DNA of 64,000 nucleotides from the human T2T-CHM13v2.0 reference genome, Homo sapiens. Shown piece after piece: positions 58,001 through 64,000 of the stretch. The notes beneath the pieces were generated by a model. It was not told the DNA's origin. It saw only the letters and a program-made list of their open reading frames with translations, and did no database searches. Location: NCBI RefSeq assembly GCF_009914755.1, contig NC_060940.1. One strand, 5' to 3'. Position numbers and translations under genes: made by a program. Every line of letters begins with the position of its first letter. Within the stretch, counting starts at the first letter, position 1.

Positions 58001-60799
58001 TACATTCCATGACGATTCCGATCGAGTCCATTTGATGATTCCATTAGACTCCATTCGACGATGATTCCATTCGATGTTATTCGATGATTCCATTCGATCT
58101 CATTCGATGATGATTCCATTCAACTCCATTCGATGTTTCCATTCGAGTTCATTCTATTATTCCATTAGATTCCATTCGATGATGATTCCATTCGATTCCA
58201 TTTGATGATTGCATTCTATTTCATTTGATGGTGATTCCATTCGAGTCCACTCGATGATTCCATTCGAGTCCATTTAATGAATCCATTGGTTTCAATTCTA
58301 TGATGATTACATTGGATTCCATTCGTTGATGATTTCATTCGGTTCCATTCAATGATGATTCCATTCAATTCCTTTCAATGTTTCCATTCAATTGCATACG
58401 ATGATGCTTCCATTTGATTTGATTCGACAGTGAGCCATTCGATTCAATTCCATGATGAATCTATTTTATTCAATTGGTTGACATTTCCATTCGATTCCAT
58501 TCGATGATGATTCCCTTTGATTCCATTCAAAGATGATTCCATTCTAGCCCATTCAATCATTCCATTCGATTCTATTCAATGATGATTCCATTCATGTCGA
58601 TTTGGTGATTCCATTTGACTTCATTTGATGATGATTCCTTTCAAGTTCATTAGATGATTCCATTCGATTCCATTTGATGATGATCCCATTCGAGTCCATT
58701 CAGTGATTCCATTCGTTTCCATTCCATGATGATTCCATTCCATTCCATTCAATGATTCCATTCGATTCCGTTTGATGATGATTTCATTCGAGTCCATTTG
58801 ATGTTTCCATTCGTTTCCATTCCATGATGATTCCATTCCATTCCATTCAATGATTCCATTCGATTCCGTTTGGTGATGATTTCATTCGAGTCCATTTGAT
58901 GATTCCATTTGATTCCATTCGATGATGATTCCATTCGAGTCCATTCGATGATTCTATTCGAATCCACTTGATGATTTCTTTTGATTATAGTTGGTGATGA
59001 TTCCATTGGAGTCCATTCAATGATTCCATTCGATTCCAATCGATGGTGATTCCATTAGAGTCCATTTAATGATTCCATTTGATTCCAGTCTCTGATGATT
59101 ACATTCGAGTCCATACGATGATTCCACTCAATTCCATATGATGATGATTCCATTCGATTCCATTCGATGATTCCATTCTATTCTAATCGATGATGATTCC
59201 ATTCGATTCCATTCGATGATGATTGGATTCGATTCCATTTGATGATTTCATTTGATTCCATTCGTTAATGATTTCGATCAACTCCATTCGATGATTCCAT
59301 TCGATTCCATTCGATAATGATTACATCCGAGTCCATTCGATGATTCCATTTGAGCCCGTTCGATAATTCCATTTGAGTCCAATCAATGATTCCATTCATT
59401 TCCATTCAATGATTCCATTCGAGTCCATTTGATCATTCTGGTAGGGTCCGTTCGATGTTGATTCCATTGGAGTGCATTCGATGATTCCATTCGAGTCCAT
59501 TTTATGATTTGATTCGAGTCCTTTCGATGATTCCATTCGATTCCACTCGATGATGATTTCATTCGAGTCCATTCGACACTTCCAATCGATTCCATTTGAT
59601 GTTTCCATTCGAGTCCAATTGATGATTCCATTCAATTCCATTCGATGATGATTCCGTACGATTCCATTCTGTGATGATTCCATGTGATTGCATTCAATGA
59701 TGATTCCTTTCGATTGCATTCGATTGTGATTCATTTCGTGTTCATTCTATGGTTCCACAGGTTTCCATTCGTGTCCATTCCATTATTCCATTCTATTCCA
59801 TTTCATGATGATTCCATTCGATTCCATTCATTGGTGATTCCACTCAATTCCATTCAATGATTCCATTCCATTTCTTTCAACAATGATTCCATTAGTTTCT
59901 AATCGATGATCCACTTGATTCCATTTGATGACGATTCCATTCTTGCCATTCGATGATTCCATTTGATTCCATATGATGATGATTCCATTCGATTCCATAC
60001 GATGATGATTCCATTCGAGTCCATTCAATGGTGATTCCATTCCATTCCATTCCATGATTCCTTTTGATTCCATTCGATGATGATGGCATTCGATTCCTTT
60101 CAATCATTCCCTTTGATTCCATTCAAAGGTGATTTCATTCAAGTCCATTCGATAATTGCATTCGATTCCATTCTATGATGATTCCATTCGAGTCCATTTG
60201 ATGATTCCATTCAATTCAAGTCAATGATGATTCCATTCGATTCCATTCGATGATTCCATTGGATTCCATTCGATGATGATTCCATTCAAATCCATTCGAT
60301 AATTCAATTCAAGTCCATTCGATGATGATTCCAATCGAATCCATTCAAAGATTCCATTCAGTTCCATTCGATGATAACCTTAGATTCCATTCGATGATTC
60401 CACTTGTTTCCATTTACGATGATTCCATTCGATTCCATGTGATGATTCCATTCAATTCTATTCAATGATGTCTCCATTTGATTCCATTCGACCATGATTG
60501 CCTTTGCTTCCATTCAATGTTTCCATTCGGTTCCTTTTGATGATAATTCCGTTCGATTCCATTTGATGATTCCATTTGATTCCATTGGATGAGTCCATTC
60601 GATTACATTCGATGATTATTCCATTCGAGTGCATTAGATGATTCCATTCGAGTCCATTCGATGATTCCATTCGATTCCATTCGATGTTGATTCTGTTCAA
60701 GTCCATTCGATGATTCCACTGGATTCCATTCGAGGACTCCAGTTGATCCCCTTCGATGATTTCCTTTGATTCCCTTTGATGATCATTCCATTTGATACA

Positions 60800-63700
60800 A
60801 TTCGGTGATTTCATTTGATTCCATTCAGTGATGTTTCCATTCGACTCCATTCGATGATGATTCCATTCGACTCCATTCGATTATGATTTCATTCAATTCC
60901 ATTCGATAATGATTCCCTTCGAGTCCATTCGATGATTCCATTCGATTCCATTCAACGATGATTTGATTCGTGTCCGTTCGATGATTCCATTTGATTCCAC
61001 TTGATGATGATTCCATTCGAGTCCATTTGATGATTCCATTCAATACCATTCTCCGATGATTTCTTTTGAGCCCACTCAATGCTTCCACTCGATTCCATAT
61101 GATGATGACTCCATTCGATGAAATTCGATGATGATTCCATTCGCTTGCTTTCGATGATGATTCCACTTGAGTCCGTTAGAAGATTCTATTCAATTACATT
61201 CCATGACGATTCCGTTCGAGTCCATTTGATGATTCCATTAGACTCCATTCGACGATGATTCCATTCGATGTTATTCGATGATTCCATTGGATCTCATTCG
61301 ATGATGATTCCATTCAACTCCATTCGATGTTTCCATTCGAGTTCATTCTATTATTCCATTAGATTCCATTCGATGATGATTCCATTCGATTCCGTTTGAT
61401 GATTGCATTCTATTTCATTTGATGATGATTCCATTCGAGTCCACTCGATGATTCCATTCGAGTCCATTTAATGAATCCATTGGTTTCAATTCTATGATGA
61501 TTACATTGGATTCCATTCGTTGATGATTTCATTCGGTTCCATTCAATGATGATTCCATTCAATTCCTTTCAATGTTTCCATTCAATTCCATACGATGATG
61601 ATTCCATTTGATTTGATTCGACAGTGAGCCATTCGATTCAATTCCATGATGATTCTATTTGATTCAATTGGTTGACATTTCCATTCGATTCCATTCGATG
61701 ATGATTCCCTTTGATTCCATTCAAAGATGATTCCATTCTAGCCCATTCAATCATTCCATTCGTTTCTATTCAATGATGATTCCATTCATGTCGATTTGGT
61801 GATTCCATTTGACTTCATTTGATGATGATTCCTTTCAAGTTCATTAGATGATTCCATTCGATTCCATTTGATGATGATTCCATTCCATTCCATTCAATGA
61901 TTCCATTCGATTCCGTTTGATGATGATTTCATTCGAGTCCATTTGATGATTCCATTTGATTCCATTCGATGATGATTCCATTCGAGTCCATTCGATGATT
62001 CTATTCGAATCCATTTGATGATTACTTTTGATTATATTTGGTGATGATTCCATTGGAGTCCATTCAATGATTCCATTCGATTCCAATCGATGATGATTCC
62101 ATTAGAGTCCATTTAATGATTCCATTTGATTCCAGTCTCTGATGATTACATTCGAGTCCATACGATGATTCCACTCAATTCCATATCATGATGATTCCAT
62201 TCGATTCCATTCGATGATTCCATTCTATTCTATTCAATGGTGATTCTATTCGAGTACATTAGATGATTCCATTCGATTCCATTCAATGATGATTCTATTT
62301 GTGTCCCTTAGATGGTTCCACATGATTCCATTACATGATGATACTATTTGAGCCCATCCAATGATTCCCTTCGATTCCATTCGATGAGGATTCCATTCGA
62401 TTCAATTCATTGGTGATTCTATTCAATTCAATTCTTTGATTCCATTCCATTCCATTCGACAATGATTCCATTCGATTTCTTTCGATGATTCCGCTCGATT
62501 CCACTTGACATTGATTCCATTCGATTCCATTCAATGATTTCGTTTGATTCCAGTGGATGATGATTGCCATCGATTCCATTCGATCACGCCATTCTATTCC
62601 ATTTGATGATGATTACATTCGATTCCATTTGATGATTCCATCTGATTCTATTCGAGGATTCCATTTGATTCCATTCGATGATGATTCCATTCGAGTCCAT
62701 TCGATGATTTCATTCCAGTACATCCAATGATTCCATTCGAGTCCATTTGATGATTCCATTTGATTCCATTTGATTATGATTCTACTAGAGTCCATTCAAT
62801 GACTCCATTCGAATCCATTCAACAATTCCATTCGAGTCCATTCGATGATTCCATTTCATGATTCCATTCGAGTCCATTTAATCATTACAGTCAAGTCCGT
62901 TTGGTGATTCCACTGGATTTCTTTTGATAATGATACCATTCAATTACATTTGATGATGATCCCATTCAATTTCATTTGATGGTGATTCCATTAGTGTCCA
63001 TTCGATGATTTCATTCGAGTCCCTTCATTGATTCCATCCGATTTCATTTGATGATGACTCCATTCGAGTTCATTCGATGATTCCACTCGATTCCATTAGA
63101 TGATTCCATTGGAGTCCATTTCATTGTTCCATTCGATTCAACTCGATTCCTTTCGAAGATTATTCCATTTGAGTCCATTCGATGATGATTCCATTCCATT
63201 CCATTCGATGATTCCGTTTGATTCCATTCGATGATTCCCTTCGATTCCTTTCTTTGATGATTCCATTCCATTCCATTCAATGATTCCATTCGAATCTATT
63301 CCATGATGATTCCTTGCGATTCCATTCGCTGATGTTTCCGTTCAATTCCATTCGATGATGATTCCATTCGATTCCATTCATTGAGGATTCCATTTGATTC
63401 CATTAAATGATGATTCCGTTCTATTCCATTCAATGATTGCATTCAATTCCATTCAATGATTATCCCCTTAGAGTAAACTCAACGATTCCATTCAATACCA
63501 TTCGATGATGATTCCTTTTGAGTCCATTCAATGATTTCATTCAAGTCCATTTGATGATTCCTTTCAATTCCATTCTATGATGATTCCATTCGAGTCCATT
63601 CGATGATTCCATTCCATTGCATTCGATGATTCCATTATATTCCAGTCAACGATGATTCCATTCGAGTCCATTCGATGATTCCATTAGAGTACATTTAATG

Positions 63701-64000
63701 ATTGCTTTGTTTTCAATTCGAAGATGATTACATTGGATTCCATTCTATGATACCATTCGATTCCATTCAATGATGATTCCACTCAAATCCATTGGATGAT
63801 TCCATTCGTGTCCGTTCGGTGATTTCATTAGATTCCATTCGAGGATGATTCCATTCGATTCCATTCGATGATTCCATTCAATTCCATTCGATGATGATTC
63901 CATTCCAGTCCATATGATCATTCCATTTGATTTCATTCGATGATGATTCCATTCGATTCCATTCGATGATTCCATTCTATTCCATTCGATGATGATTCCA
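60800..64000 (+). repeat. Resumption of the 6.8-kb unit (copy-2-like, partial)
   Basis: Constant offset of 49115 to copy 2 (11710->60825, 12729->61844, 13216->62331, 13929->63044, 14630->63745). It lacks the 49-bp segment, as copy 2 does, and carries the alleles gagcccactc, gatgaaattc and gcttgctttc. Confidence 0.9.

Larger units (their letters stand above)
19941..60700 (+). repeat. Homogeneous nested tandem array of a 3194-bp HSat2 unit (~13 copies, one shortened to 1932 bp)
   Basis: The marker ORF recurs at 22317, 25511, 28705, 31899, 35093, 37025, 40219, 43413, 46607, 49801, 52995, 56189 and 59383. All steps are 3194 except 35093->37025 (1932). By eye, copies differ by only a handful of SNVs. 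Confidence 0.95.
1..64000 (+). repeat. Human satellite 2 (HSat2/HSATII) pericentromeric tandem array, CATTC strand on +; probably HSat2B-type
   Basis: The entire window consists of diverged CATTCGATTC, CATTCGATGATTC and CATTCGATGATGATTC modules with abundant TCGA and CGAGTCCATT. This is the HSat2 signature rather than the purer (CATTC)n of HSat3. The multi-kb periods (6.8 and 3.2 kb) rather than the ~1.8-kb HSat2A period suggest HSat2B (inference; needs a k-mer classifier). No strand switch or non-satellite insert was seen. Confidence 0.97.

Noticed and set aside
900-63975. About 150 short minus-strand ORFs (MESSNGIEWNH-like, 60-132 aa)
   Set aside because: These are translations of (GAATG/GAATC/ATC)n. 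The + strand is full of TGA from GATGA while the - strand has fewer stops, which explains the strand bias. The ORFs overlap in several frames, are low-complexity and repeat with the array period. They were used only as positional markers.
1-64000. CRISPR-like or other repeat-spacer system
   Set aside because: There are no unique spacers or constant direct repeats and no associated genes. All intervening sequence is degenerate satellite.
1-64000. Mobile element insertion or inversion
   Set aside because: No Alu, L1 or LTR sequence, poly(A) tail or GAATG-strand switch was seen anywhere in the window.
1-64000. Assignment to a specific chromosome, or to HSat3
   Set aside because: HSat3 is excluded by the prevalence of CATTCGAT/GATGAT modules. 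The chromosome cannot be assigned reliably without aligning to a T2T reference.

Overview
The whole 64-kb window is one uninterrupted, single-orientation block of human/primate classical satellite 2 (HSat2/HSATII; CATTCGATTC / CATTCGATGATGATTC-derived, TCGA-rich pericentromeric heterochromatin). It contains no credible genes, RNA genes or mobile elements, and every ORF in the track is a translation artefact of the GAATG strand. I find no novel gene system here. What is interesting is the nested repeat architecture, read using recurring ORFs and rare k-mers as positional markers. (i) The window opens with a deleted ~2.2-kb monomer. (ii) About 2.8 copies of a ~6.8-6.9-kb unit follow (to ~19.9 kb). 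(iii) A 2062-bp duplication leads into a very homogeneous ~41-kb expansion of a 3194-bp unit (13 marker copies, one carrying a 1262-bp deletion). Its length is exactly explained by six indels relative to the 6.85-kb unit, and it shows an emerging 6388-bp dimer structure. (iv) The array returns to the 6.8-kb unit at ~60.7-60.8 kb through a ~100-bp patch with 7 clustered substitutions. Unit boundaries are arbitrary phase choices and were located by eye (roughly +/-20 bp).
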